This document shows, piece after piece, positions 47,055 to 56,218 of a DNA stretch of 64,000 nt (positions are counted from its first letter, which is position 1; the number at the start of each line of letters is the position of its first letter). The position numbers and the translations under genes were made by a program. This DNA comes from Candidatus Doudnabacteria bacterium. GTDB taxonomy: Bacteria > Patescibacteriota > Doudnabacteria > UBA920. The stretch spans positions 28,981 through 92,980 of the forward strand of contig PLYC01000020.1 in assembly GCA_003151625.1 (NCBI GenBank), in the 5' to 3' direction. Below the pieces are notes generated by a model, which worked only from the letters and a program-made list of their open reading frames with translations, searched no databases and had not been told where the DNA came from.

Positions 47055-49742
47055 ATGCTAAAAAAATTATTTTATATAATTTTATTCTCCAGTTTGATTT
47101 TTGCTCCTTTAGCCCATGCCTGGATGATGGTGCAGTTTTTTGACATCACTGTTAATGAAAATTCTGTAGGAGGAGATGCTAATTTTAGTTTTCATATTCA
47201 AGAGTACAGTCATGATCAATATAATAATTTAGTATTATCTTTAAATAAAGATTTTAATATCCAAACTAGCGGGGGCTCGGGCTCTAATTTTACAAGTACT
47301 GTGACTGGCAGTAGCTATTATATTACCCAAGATCCTTTGCCTGGCTGGCAGAATATCGGCATAGCATGTCTAAGCGATAATCCTCTAGTAACCACAACAC
47401 CCATAACTAATGGAGTTTTAATAACCCCTGTTTCTTTTAGTTCCATTACCTGCAATTTTACCAATTCCAAACAAAATTCTAAAACGCCAGTGTTAATAAT
47501 CCCTGGAACATTGGGAACGGAAATTTGGAATGGGGGAGAAAGACTTTGGTTTAATTTGGACAAAATGAAAAATCCGTTAGACGGCAACTCGTTTATGGAT
47601 CCGCTGGCATTTAAGCCCGATGGAACGCCGTTAATCACAGGTCTAATTGCAAATCCAGTTTTGGGACAACCTGTAGAGTCTTTTGATTACTCCAAAGCCT
47701 TAATTACCGACCTTCAAAACCAAGGCTATACTTTAAACAAAGACTTGTTTTTATTCCCGTATGATTGGCGGGATGAAATTGCCAAGAATGCCAATACGTT
47801 TTTGAAACAGCAGATAGACAGTATTTTGGCCTCCACTACGGCATCTAGTCTAAATGTAATCGCACATAGCCAGGGTGGCTTGCTCATAAAAAAGTTGCTT
47901 TACGACAACCCTAATTATGAGCAAAAGATTAATAAATTAATTTTTGTCGGCACGCCAAACCTGGGAACGCCAAGTTCGGCAAAAATTTTATTTTACGGCG
48001 ATGATTTAGGGGTTGCAAAAGCGGGCATTGCGTTACTTAACCCCATGGAAGTAAAGAAAATAAGCCAAAATATGCCCGCTATTTATGAAATGTTGCCAAG
48101 CCGGGAATACTTTAATCATAGCAATGGTTACTTGGGGCAGCATGGCCTTTTTGGCGGAGAGATTAACAATTATGATAATAGTAAAAATTTGCTTAAGTCA
48201 TCCATCTACGGACTTAATAGTGGTTTAATTGATTCTGCAGAAAATTTTCACACATCGGCTTTTGACAACTTTGATTTGACCAACAGTGGTATTAAAACCT
48301 ATAGCATTATGGGTTGTGAATCTCCGACCATAGGAAGGGTATTTGTAAACGGGGCGGACTATGATAATAATTTGCAATATGTCCCGGGCGATGGAACCGT
48401 ACCTTTGGTTTCCGCAAGCAACATTGGCGGGGCGACCGATTATTTTATTTTAAACCCAGACGATATCCACTCCACAATGCTGACATTAGACAGTAGCAGA
48501 AAAAAAATTGAAAATATTCTTGAAGACGATACATCATCTGTTGCAGGTATTACCACTAACCCAGCCCTTTGTGTTTATAAAGGAAATAAAGTTTCGGTTC
48601 ACAGCCCGGCGAATTTAGAGATTTATGACGAGAACGGCGACCATGTGGGGCCAAACCCGGATGGGACTTTTGATTATCAAATTCCTGAAGTAAAGTACGA
48701 TATTTTAGACCATAGTAAATTCGCTTTTTTACCGGAGGGTCATACCTATACCATTAAATTGGTTGCCACAAATTCCGGTTCTTTCGGTTTTTATTCTTCT
48801 CAAATTAACGGAAGCCAAACAGATAACACTGCTTATTACGATTCCATCCTTATCACCGCCAGCTCTACGGCAACGGTGGTACTGAATGCTCAAAATAATC
48901 AGACGATACAACTTGATGTTAATGGTAATGGCAACAACATCCAAACCATTCAACCTTCATCAATTTTAAACTCCAATCAATCCCAAGACCTCACCCCTCC
49001 CATTTCCACTTCCACCACAACAGGAACTATGGGGAGCCCAGGGTTTTATCGGACGGATGTAAAAATAAATATTTCCGCCCTAGACCCTGTAGTAGACAAC
49101 AATGCCTCCACAACATCAGGAGTCCTTAAAACAGTGTACTCTCTGGACAACACAGCCACCACAACCTATCAGAGTACTATACCTGTCACCTCCGAAGGCC
49201 GGCACACAATCAGTTTCTTCTCTACAGATAAAGCCGGCAATAACGAACTCCCCCAAATCATTACCTTTACCATAGACAAAACCTCTCCTGAAGCGGTTAT
49301 CCAGTTTAATTCCACTCTTAAAGATATCCAGTTCACCGGCACAGATAACATATCAACTACCTCAAAAGTCACAGTCCTTGATAGCATTAACGATATCCTG
49401 CTCACAGATCAGGCAGGGAATACCACGGACATTAAACTTAAGGAAAAGAACCGCAAAGTCAGTATGCAGTCTACCATCCAGTTTTTAAGCTATAACACAG
49501 TAGCCCAGGATGTTAGCAAAAACACTTTGGCTTTCTTGTGGACATATGATAAAACTGGTAGTTTAACCATGCTTTCCCAGAATGTAGCCGCCAAGAAGAC
49601 CTATGTCATTTTAGCCATATATAACGGAAAAAAGACTTCCTTAGTGGGTATAGACAAAACCGGTGTTATTCTTAAATCCATTACCGGCCTCGACTTACTT
49701 AAAGTTACCACCAGCAAAGGGGATTTAAACTGGAGCTATTAA
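47055..49742 (+). CDS. secreted multidomain alpha/beta-hydrolase (lipase/LCAT/PGAP1-like, AHSQG nucleophile motif) with C-terminal Ig-like domains
   Basis: 895 aa; signal peptide MLKKLFYIILFSSLIFAPLAHA; VLIIPGTLGTEIWNG and NVIAHSQGGLL (GxSxG) lipase-like block; C-terminal TVYSLDNTATTTYQSTIPVTSEGRHTISFFSTDKAGNNE bacterial Ig-like repeat. Confidence 0.6.
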   Translation: MLKKLFYIILFSSLIFAPLAHAWMMVQFFDITVNENSVGGDANFSFHIQEYSHDQYNNLVLSLNKDFNIQTSGGSGSNFTSTVTGSSYYITQDPLPGWQNIGIACLSDNPLVTTTPITNGVLITPVSFSSITCNFTNSKQNSKTPVLIIPGTLGTEIWNGGERLWFNLDKMKNPLDGNSFMDPLAFKPDGTPLITGLIANPVLGQPVESFDYSKALITDLQNQGYTLNKDLFLFPYDWRDEIAKNANTFLKQQIDSILASTTASSLNVIAHSQGGLLIKKLLYDNPNYEQKINKLIFVGTPNLGTPSSAKILFYGDDLGVAKAGIALLNPMEVKKISQNMPAIYEMLPSREYFNHSNGYLGQHGLFGGEINNYDNSKNLLKSSIYGLNSGLIDSAENFHTSAFDNFDLTNSGIKTYSIMGCESPTIGRVFVNGADYDNNLQYVPGDGTVPLVSASNIGGATDYFILNPDDIHSTMLTLDSSRKKIENILEDDTSSVAGITTNPALCVYKGNKVSVHSPANLEIYDENGDHVGPNPDGTFDYQIPEVKYDILDHSKFAFLPEGHTYTIKLVATNSGSFGFYSSQINGSQTDNTAYYDSILITASSTATVVLNAQNNQTIQLDVNGNGNNIQTIQPSSILNSNQSQDLTPPISTSTTTGTMGSPGFYRTDVKINISALDPVVDNNASTTSGVLKTVYSLDNTATTTYQSTIPVTSEGRHTISFFSTDKAGNNELPQIITFTIDKTSPEAVIQFNSTLKDIQFTGTDNISTTSKVTVLDSINDILLTDQAGNTTDIKLKEKNRKVSMQSTIQFLSYNTVAQDVSKNTLAFLWTYDKTGSLTMLSQNVAAKKTYVILAIYNGKKTSLVGIDKTGVILKSITGLDLLKVTTSKGDLNWSY

Positions 49743-49752
49743 TTAAGTCAAC

Positions 49753-49780
49753 GAGTGCTTATTCGCACGAATAAGCACTC
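49753..49780. promoter_or_regulatory. 28-bp perfect palindrome (GAGTGCTTATTC-gcac-GAATAAGCACTC) at 5' end of ArsR-family gene; candidate operator
   Basis: 12-bp arms with GCAC centre, 10 bp upstream of ATG 49791. Confidence 0.5.
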
Positions 49781-49790
49781 GGAGGAATTT

Positions 49791-50051
49791 ATGAAAGAAT
49801 TAGAAAAACAATTAAAAGCTTTGGCAAACGCAAGAAGGCTTAAAATTTTAAAATATCTGGAAAAGGTTAACAAGGCTTCGGTTGGTGATATTGCCAGGGA
49901 AATTAAACTTTCGTTTAAATCCACTTCCCGGCATTTGGCGGTTTTAAGAGCCGCGGAAATGGTGTTTGCCGATCAGCAGAGTTTGATGGTTTTTTATAGT
50001 TTGGTAAATCCGAAACCTTTAATTGTCAGACAAATTCTTGACCAGTGCTAA
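49791..50051 (+). CDS. ArsR/SmtB-family winged-helix transcriptional regulator
   Basis: 86 aa from ATG 49791 (MKELEKQLKALANARRLKILKYLEK...VGDIAREIKLSFKSTSRHLAVLR); an alternative GTG start at 49755 (ORF track) would place the palindrome inside the CDS. Confidence 0.65.
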   Translation: MKELEKQLKALANARRLKILKYLEKVNKASVGDIAREIKLSFKSTSRHLAVLRAAEMVFADQQSLMVFYSLVNPKPLIVRQILDQC

Positions 50052-50068
50052 TTCGCACGAATTAGCAC
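50045..50068. promoter_or_regulatory. 24-bp palindrome (GTGCTAATTC-gcac-GAATTAGCAC), near-copy of 49753-49780, overlapping the ArsR stop codon
   Basis: Same GCAC-centred architecture as the upstream palindrome with TTATT/AATAA changed to TAATT/AATTA. Confidence 0.5.
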
Positions 50069-50233
50069 CAGAAGGGATAATAAAATATATTTGATCTCGC
50101 AAAGAGGGCGGAATTCAGGTTTAATACCTCGTGGCTTGTCTCGAGGAAGCTTTATTTTGAGTTTTTATCTTCTTATGTTATAATAATTGGGCGAATAAAG
50201 TAAAAGGAAACAAAAATAGCTACAATGGAGACA

Positions 50234-50304
50234 CTACAGAAAGCTACAGAAGGAACACTAAGTTCTGTAGGCATCTGTAGTGGGTTCTCATGTAGCTTCT
50301 GTAG
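50234..50304 (+). promoter_or_regulatory. cluster of six CTACAG/CTGTAG hexamers forming an extended imperfect hairpin immediately upstream of pilB start
   Basis: CTACAG at 50234, 50244; CTGTAG at 50265, 50275, 50299 (+ TGTAG at 50291); ends 3 nt before ATG 50308. Confidence 0.4.
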
Positions 50305-50307
50305 CCT

Positions 50308-52062
50308 ATGGACAAACAAGAGCTAAATACGGCTTTAAAACAAAATAAAATCTTAACCGAGGATAAGCTGAAAATTTTGGAATCGGAACTTTCCCAGGTC
50401 AAAATCCCTACTCCGTGGGAAGATTTTTTAATTGAAAAAAAGGCTGTCACCGAACAGCAGCTATTGGCGCTTAAAAGCCAATTACTTTCGGTTTCGGTGA
50501 TAGATTTAACAACCCTGCAAATTCCCCAGGACGTGCTGAATTTGGTGCCCGAGCCAATTGCCCACCGCCATCAGGTAATTAGTTTTGCCAAAACTAAAGA
50601 TGATTTGTCTCTTGCCATGTCCGACCCCGAAGATATTCAAACCAAAGAGTTTATCCAAAAAAAGACCGGCCTGAAAATTAAGACTTTTTTAATTGGCCGC
50701 ACCAGTTTGGATTTTGGCTTATCCAAATATCATTCCTCTCTGGAAAAAGAAATAAAACATTTGTTTACGCCGTCGTCCAAGCCGCTGTCCGCCAAAGCAG
50801 AAGGGGAGAGCGCCAAAGACGACAGCTTAAAAAAAATGGCCGAAGAAATTCCGGTTATTCGCGTGGTGGACACGCTTTTGGAATACGCGGTGTTTGAAAA
50901 GGCCAGCGATATTCACATAGAACCCCAGGAAAACGCCGTGACCGTGCGCTACCGCATAGACGGGGTCTTGCACGATGTTATGACCCTGCCAAAAGTTATC
51001 CAGGCGGCCATTGCCGCGCGTATAAAGGTGCTATCCAATTTAAAAATAGACGAGCACCGCCTGCCGCAGGATGGACGCTTTAAAATAGAAAAAGACGGCT
51101 ATAAATTTTCTTTGCGCGTTTCCACCATCCCGATTTTTGACGGTGAAAAAGTTGTCATTCGTCTTTTGGACGAATCGGCCAAAGCCATGTCTTTGGACGA
51201 GCTGGGTTTTGAAAAAGAATCGTATGAAGTTATTAACCGCAACATAAAAAAACCGCATGGCATGCTTTTGGTAACCGGCCCGACCGGCAGCGGGAAATCC
51301 ACCACGCTGTATACCGTACTGTCCATGCTTAACACCAAAAGCGTGAATATTTCCACCATTGAAGATCCCGTGGAATACCGAATAATTGGCGCCAACCAAA
51401 TGCAGGTTAATCCTAAAATCGGCCTGACTTTTGATGTTGGGCTGCGGGCTCTGCTTAGGCAGGACCCGAACATTATTATGATTGGTGAAATTCGCGACAG
51501 GGAAACCGCCGAAGAAGCGGTTCATGCCGCTATGACCGGGCATATTGTGTTTTCCACTTTACACACCAACGACGCGGCCGCGGCTCTGCCGAGGCTCCTG
51601 GATATTGGCGTGGAGCCTTACTTAATTGCCTCTACCATAAACGCCGTGTTGGCGCAAAGGCTGGTGAGGACAATTTGTAAAGATTGCCAAAAACCCCTTA
51701 CGCTAGATGACGCGGCTATAGACGCACTGGCCAAAGAATTCCATCTGGACAAGCTTTTGCCAATATTAATTCGGGTTGGCGCGGCACCGGCCAAATGTAA
51801 AAGCTTAAAAGACGTAAAATTTTATAAAGGCGAGGGCTGCGATAAATGCTCCAACACCGGTTACCGCGGTCGTATGGGAATTCACGAAATACTGGAAGTA
51901 ACTCCAACCGTGGGACAAATGATAATGGCTCATAAAAGTTCCCAGGAAATTCAGGAGCAGGGTGAAAAGGAAGGTATGGTGCTAATGTGGGAAGACGGTT
52001 TTATAAAAGCGACAAAAGGCATAACCACGATTGATGAGCTGGTGAGAGTAAGTAAAGAGTAA
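50308..52062 (+). CDS. pilB: type IV pilus assembly ATPase PilB (GspE family)
   Basis: 584 aa; N-terminal GSPII_E_N-like domain, Walker A LVTGPTGSGKSTTLY, Asp box, His box, CxxC...CxxC zinc motif (CKDC...CDKC). Confidence 0.85.
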   Translation: MDKQELNTALKQNKILTEDKLKILESELSQVKIPTPWEDFLIEKKAVTEQQLLALKSQLLSVSVIDLTTLQIPQDVLNLVPEPIAHRHQVISFAKTKDDLSLAMSDPEDIQTKEFIQKKTGLKIKTFLIGRTSLDFGLSKYHSSLEKEIKHLFTPSSKPLSAKAEGESAKDDSLKKMAEEIPVIRVVDTLLEYAVFEKASDIHIEPQENAVTVRYRIDGVLHDVMTLPKVIQAAIAARIKVLSNLKIDEHRLPQDGRFKIEKDGYKFSLRVSTIPIFDGEKVVIRLLDESAKAMSLDELGFEKESYEVINRNIKKPHGMLLVTGPTGSGKSTTLYTVLSMLNTKSVNISTIEDPVEYRIIGANQMQVNPKIGLTFDVGLRALLRQDPNIIMIGEIRDRETAEEAVHAAMTGHIVFSTLHTNDAAAALPRLLDIGVEPYLIASTINAVLAQRLVRTICKDCQKPLTLDDAAIDALAKEFHLDKLLPILIRVGAAPAKCKSLKDVKFYKGEGCDKCSNTGYRGRMGIHEILEVTPTVGQMIMAHKSSQEIQEQGEKEGMVLMWEDGFIKATKGITTIDELVRVSKE

Positions 52063-52105
52063 TGACAAAATTGAACAAAATTAAATAAAATTGACAAAAT
52101 TAGGG
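52063..52105 (+). repeat. four phased direct repeats of A(C/T)AAAATTRA with ~10-bp period right after pilB stop
   Basis: TGACAAAATTGAACAAAATTAAATAAAATTGACAAAATTAGG. Confidence 0.45.
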
Positions 52106-52290
52106 AACAAGAAAAGTAAGATCTACCTATAACATCCCAGTGTTCCATCCCGGAATTTTTTACGTTTAAGCAAATCATCAGCCGTAAAAATATCCGGGAT
52201 CCAGGAAAAAAGTAAAAATAAAGTTTACCACAGAACCGGGCCTCGGATATTTTTCAGACGATAATAATCCGGAAGCTGAAAAATTCCGGA

Positions 52291-52515
52291 GTGACACAGA
52301 AAATAAATATGAAAAGTTTTAGTTTGCAACCAAATACGGCAAAAACAAGTTTACTAGCATGGAGTGCGCTTTGGAGTGTGCTTTTAGGATTTCTAATTGA
52401 TGCAGTTTTAGAATTTATGTATTTTGGAAGATCGTGGGACTGTGGAGATGCAGTCGATTCGCTTAAATGTTATGAAAGGGTTAATAAGGTATTTTTTCCT
52501 TTAGGTTATGGTTAG
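52291..52515 (+). CDS. small hypothetical membrane/cysteine-containing protein
   Basis: 74 aa; one TM helix; low-GC; weak support. Confidence 0.3.
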   Translation: MTQKINMKSFSLQPNTAKTSLLAWSALWSVLLGFLIDAVLEFMYFGRSWDCGDAVDSLKCYERVNKVFFPLGYG

Positions 52516-52597
52516 CTTTATGGTTTAATCTTTTGGATTTTAGTAGTTTTAATCGTCTTAAATTTAATCAGATATTTTAAATTTAGAAAAACTGTCA

Positions 52598-52640
52598 CTA
52601 ATCAGGCTTCAGCGTCTAATCAGCGTCCTTATCAGCGTTA
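52598..52640 (+). promoter_or_regulatory. three direct repeats of (A)TCAGCGT with 11-12 bp spacing upstream of pilC
   Basis: TTCAGCGT (52608), ATCAGCGT (52619), ATCAGCGT (52631), preceded by degenerate AATCAGG. Confidence 0.45.
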
Positions 52641-52737
52641 ACCCCGTTAGATATCTCGGGGGGAAAGTTATTCATTAAAAAAGATTTTTACCAATAAATA
52701 TTATCGATCATTTTAGTCTAGAATCTAACGGGGTTAA
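52638..52737. repeat. perfect 15-bp inverted repeat (TTAACCCCGTTAGAT / ATCTAACGGGGTTAA) flanking a 70-bp AT-rich segment, 12 bp upstream of pilC
   Basis: Left arm 52638-52652, right arm 52723-52737. Confidence 0.5.
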
Positions 52738-52748
52738 TTCAGCGGTAT

Positions 52749-53957
52749 ATGGAATTCACATACACAGCAATCGGCAAAGACGGCCGCAAGGAGAGCGCCT
52801 CAATTGAGGCGGCAAATTTGGCCACGGCGGGGCACATGCTTAAAGACCAGGGTCTTTTGCCAACGGAAATTCACGAACACGGGCGGAAAAGCACGCTGTC
52901 TTTTTTAAGCGGGATGTCTTTTATTTCGTTGTCCGAAAAAATTAACTTTGTACAGAATTTGGGTGTAATGCTTAAAGCCGGAATATCCATAAGCCGGTGT
53001 CTGCAAATCTTGGTCAAGCAAACCCACAACAATAAATTTAAGAGCATTTTGAGCGACGTTTACAGCCAGGTCCAGCAGGGGAAAGGCCTGGCCGAAGCCT
53101 TGTCCAAATATCCCAGTGTTTTTCCCAATATAGTAAGCAGTATGATAAAAATCGGCGAGCTGTCCGGAAATTTGGACAAGAGCCTGGAATATTTAAGCAT
53201 CCAGCTCGAGCGTGAAGCCGATTTAAAAAGTAAGGTCAGGGGAGCCATGATGTACCCTTCGGTTATTGTGGGCGCTATGGTAATTATTGGCGTATTGTTA
53301 TCGATTTTTGTTTTGCCGAATTTAATGTCTATTTTTACCGAACAGGGAGTGACTTTGCCCCTTAGCACTCGGATTGTTATTGCCATATCAAATTTTATGA
53401 GCGGCCACTCCGTGTTGGCCATTGGAAGCATGGTGGGAATTATTGTGGTGTCCGTATTGTTTTTCCGCACCCCGGCCGGCAAGCGAACTTTTAGTATTTT
53501 TAGCCTCAACATGTTTGTCATTAAAGAAATTACGAAAAAAATAAATTTGGCTCGGTTTGCCAGAATTTTAAGCTCAATGTTAAAAAGCGGTATTCCCATA
53601 GTACAGGGACTTGAAGTGGTTTCGGAATCTTTGGACAATGTTTTATATAAGGAGCTTTTGGCGCAGGCCGCCACCGACGTCAGGCTTGGCAAGCCATTGG
53701 CCGAATCTTTAGGTAGGAACCAAAAACTTTTTCCCGTTTTGGTGCAGCAAATGGTAGCCGTGGGAGAAGAGAGCGGCAGTACGCAGGAAATTTTGGAGCA
53801 ACTGGCCATCCATTACGAATCCGACGTAGACGACACGTTAAGGAATTTGGCTTCGGTAATTGAGCCTTTGTTAATTTTGGTTATTGGAGCAATTGTCGGG
53901 ATGCTGGCTTTGGCTTTAATTACTCCCATTTACAGCATTTATCAGGGTTCGTCTTAA
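52749..53957 (+). CDS. pilC: type IV pilus assembly platform protein PilC (GspF family)
   Basis: 402 aa; two T2SSF repeats (e.g. GISISRCLQIL...; ...GIPIVQGLEVV), 3 TM helices. Confidence 0.85.
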   Translation: MEFTYTAIGKDGRKESASIEAANLATAGHMLKDQGLLPTEIHEHGRKSTLSFLSGMSFISLSEKINFVQNLGVMLKAGISISRCLQILVKQTHNNKFKSILSDVYSQVQQGKGLAEALSKYPSVFPNIVSSMIKIGELSGNLDKSLEYLSIQLEREADLKSKVRGAMMYPSVIVGAMVIIGVLLSIFVLPNLMSIFTEQGVTLPLSTRIVIAISNFMSGHSVLAIGSMVGIIVVSVLFFRTPAGKRTFSIFSLNMFVIKEITKKINLARFARILSSMLKSGIPIVQGLEVVSESLDNVLYKELLAQAATDVRLGKPLAESLGRNQKLFPVLVQQMVAVGEESGSTQEILEQLAIHYESDVDDTLRNLASVIEPLLILVIGAIVGMLALALITPIYSIYQGSS

Positions 53958-53961
53958 AATT

Positions 53962-55065
53962 ATGAAATTTAATTTTCTTTCAAAAACTTTACCCAGCATT
54001 GGACTGGATGTCAGCGGCAATTCTTTAAAAGTTGTCCAGCTGGAACAAAAAACAAAACAGCTTAGGCTGAAAAGTTTCCATGAGGCTCTTTTACCCAAGG
54101 GCTTAATTATTAACGATGCCATAGTCGATACCAAAACTTTTGATTTTTTGTTAAAACAGTCTTTGGATAAACCCGGATACGGACGGTTTGATACCAGCCA
54201 TGTTATTGCCAGTTTGCCGGAATCTAAATCTTTTGTGCGCGTTATCCAAATTCCTCAAATGAGCGACGGTGAAGCCAATAATGCCGTGCCGTTTGAGGCG
54301 GAGAGTTTTATCCCGTTGCCAATAGACCAAGTTTATTTGGACTGGCAAAAAATTCCCGGGCAGGCTGGGAACCAAACAGGATTGGGCGCTTCGGCCGAAC
54401 CGGGGAAAATGAATATTTTAATGATAGCTTCTCCCAAGGAATTTGTGGATCGATATTTGGAAATTTTAGACAAGACCGGGCTGAAAGTTGTGGCGTTCGA
54501 AGTGGAATCGCAGAGTTGTTTAAGAGCGGCTATAGGCACAGGCAGTCGGGAGACTTCGCTTTTGGTGGAACTGGGCGGTTTGCGCAGCAGTTTAATTATG
54601 GTTGAGGAGGGCAATTTACAGTTTACCTCCACAATTCCAATTGCCGGTAACACGTTTACCGAGAGCATTGCGCGGGCTCTTGGAGTGTCGAGCAGTAAGG
54701 CTGAAGAAATTAAGAAAAAAGTCGGCATTACCAACACCGCCGAGTATCCTAATATTAAAACCGAATTATTGCCGGTGCTATACAACCTGGCCGCGGAAAT
54801 AAAAAATATTTTAAAATTTCACGGCGAGCATTCCTCGAACCAGGTTGCCAGGGTAATTATTGCGGGCGGCAGCGCCCGGCTAAAAAATTTATCGGAATTT
54901 TTGGCCAACCAGCTTTTTGAGGCCGGCGTGCCCAAGGTGGATTTGGCAAATCCAATACAGAATTTAAACATTACCAACACCGAACATTTGGATCCTTTGG
55001 AAAGTTTAAGCTTTACGGCGGCCATAGGTCTTGCCGCCCGGGGAGTGGACTACAAGGCCGATTAA
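53962..55065 (+). CDS. pilM: type IV pilus assembly protein PilM (actin-like ATPase fold)
   Basis: 367 aa; IGLDVSGNSLKVVQLEQK N-terminus and ASPKEFVDRYLEIL..., IIAGGSARL motifs. Confidence 0.8.
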   Translation: MKFNFLSKTLPSIGLDVSGNSLKVVQLEQKTKQLRLKSFHEALLPKGLIINDAIVDTKTFDFLLKQSLDKPGYGRFDTSHVIASLPESKSFVRVIQIPQMSDGEANNAVPFEAESFIPLPIDQVYLDWQKIPGQAGNQTGLGASAEPGKMNILMIASPKEFVDRYLEILDKTGLKVVAFEVESQSCLRAAIGTGSRETSLLVELGGLRSSLIMVEEGNLQFTSTIPIAGNTFTESIARALGVSSSKAEEIKKKVGITNTAEYPNIKTELLPVLYNLAAEIKNILKFHGEHSSNQVARVIIAGGSARLKNLSEFLANQLFEAGVPKVDLANPIQNLNITNTEHLDPLESLSFTAAIGLAARGVDYKAD

Positions 55066-55091
55066 AACCTTATTCACTATTACTTAAAGCA

Positions 55092-55649
55092 ATGAAGACT
55101 ATAAATCTTTTACCTAAAGCAAAACAGCAGGAGCTTCGTTACGAAATTATTCTGCACGGCCTATGGGTTGTGGTGAACCTTTCTTTGGTCAGTTTTGTTT
55201 TGGTATTTTTAGTTCAGTTTGCCACAAAGTTTTATTTGCAGTATGAAAATTATTCCATTAAAGATCAGGTCGCGCAGTTGCAGGGTCAGGTGAACAAACA
55301 GCAAAATACCGAAATAAAGGCTAAAATTGAGGCGGTGAACAATTTAGTTTCAGATTACCAAAATTTAGCCAGCAGCTCGCCGCATTGGTCCAACGTTATT
55401 AAAGCCTTCGCCCCTTTGCCTCCAGCCGGCCTGAAAATTAGCAGTTTTTCTATAGATCCCGATAAAAGAACAGTGAGCATTAACGGGCTTAGTCCGACGC
55501 GCGATTTGGTAATTTTACTTTACAATAATATTTTAAAAGATACCAATGATTTTTACGGCATAGATTACCCGCTGGAGAATGTGGTCAATCCGGTTAACGT
55601 AAGTTTCCATTTTACATTTAACATCCAGGACAAACTTTTACAGGATTAA
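55092..55649 (+). CDS. pilN: PilN-like pilus assembly protein
   Basis: 185 aa; MKTINLLPKAKQQELRYE + single TM + coiled coil, canonical PilN N-terminus. Confidence 0.65.
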   Translation: MKTINLLPKAKQQELRYEIILHGLWVVVNLSLVSFVLVFLVQFATKFYLQYENYSIKDQVAQLQGQVNKQQNTEIKAKIEAVNNLVSDYQNLASSSPHWSNVIKAFAPLPPAGLKISSFSIDPDKRTVSINGLSPTRDLVILLYNNILKDTNDFYGIDYPLENVVNPVNVSFHFTFNIQDKLLQD

Positions 55650-55666
55650 TCCTGAATATTCAAAGA

Positions 55667-56218
55667 ATGAAAAAATTATCCGCAAAAAATAAAATTATTA
55701 TTCTTCTGTTGGCGTGGCTAATTCTAACCGCCGCCATGTTTTCGCAACTCTTTAAAATATTGGACAGCCAGAACCAGGCGACGTTGGATTCCATGGCGCA
55801 GGAAAGGAAAGACTTGGTGCTTTTACAAGACCAGGACGCCAGTTATAAAAAGGCACAGGCCGATTTGCAGGAGTTGGACGGAAAGAATTATCAGCCGGAG
55901 ATTTTTTTTACCAGTGACATTTCTTTGGTAAATGAAATTCAAACATTGGAAGGTTTGGCAACAAAATATAACTTAAAAATGCAGCTTTCGGGGGTTGCGG
56001 GGACAATTGGCACTTTGACTAACGCGGGGACAATTACGGCCATAGGCGTAGTCCCATACGGCATAACTTTAAACGGGGATTTCTATCAGGTGGTTAATTT
56101 TATAGAGAGTTTGGAACACTTGAGTTTTATTACCAACCCCACCGATCTTTCCATTCGAGCCGCCGATAACGGAAATGTTAGCGCCAATATGACGGCGAAT
56201 TTTTACTTAAAAAAGTAA
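55667..56218 (+). CDS. PilO-like pilus assembly protein
   Basis: 183 aa; N-terminal TM, coiled-coil, position after pilN. Confidence 0.5.
   Translation: MKKLSAKNKIIILLLAWLILTAAMFSQLFKILDSQNQATLDSMAQERKDLVLLQDQDASYKKAQADLQELDGKNYQPEIFFTSDISLVNEIQTLEGLATKYNLKMQLSGVAGTIGTLTNAGTITAIGVVPYGITLNGDFYQVVNFIESLEHLSFITNPTDLSIRAADNGNVSANMTANFYLKK

Noticed and set aside
52598-52640. ATCAGCGT arrays (and TGCGT heptads at 60816-60843) as CRISPR arrays
   Set aside because: Repeat units are only 7-12 bp with no unique spacers of 25-40 bp and no cas genes; they fit transcription-factor-binding direct repeats instead.
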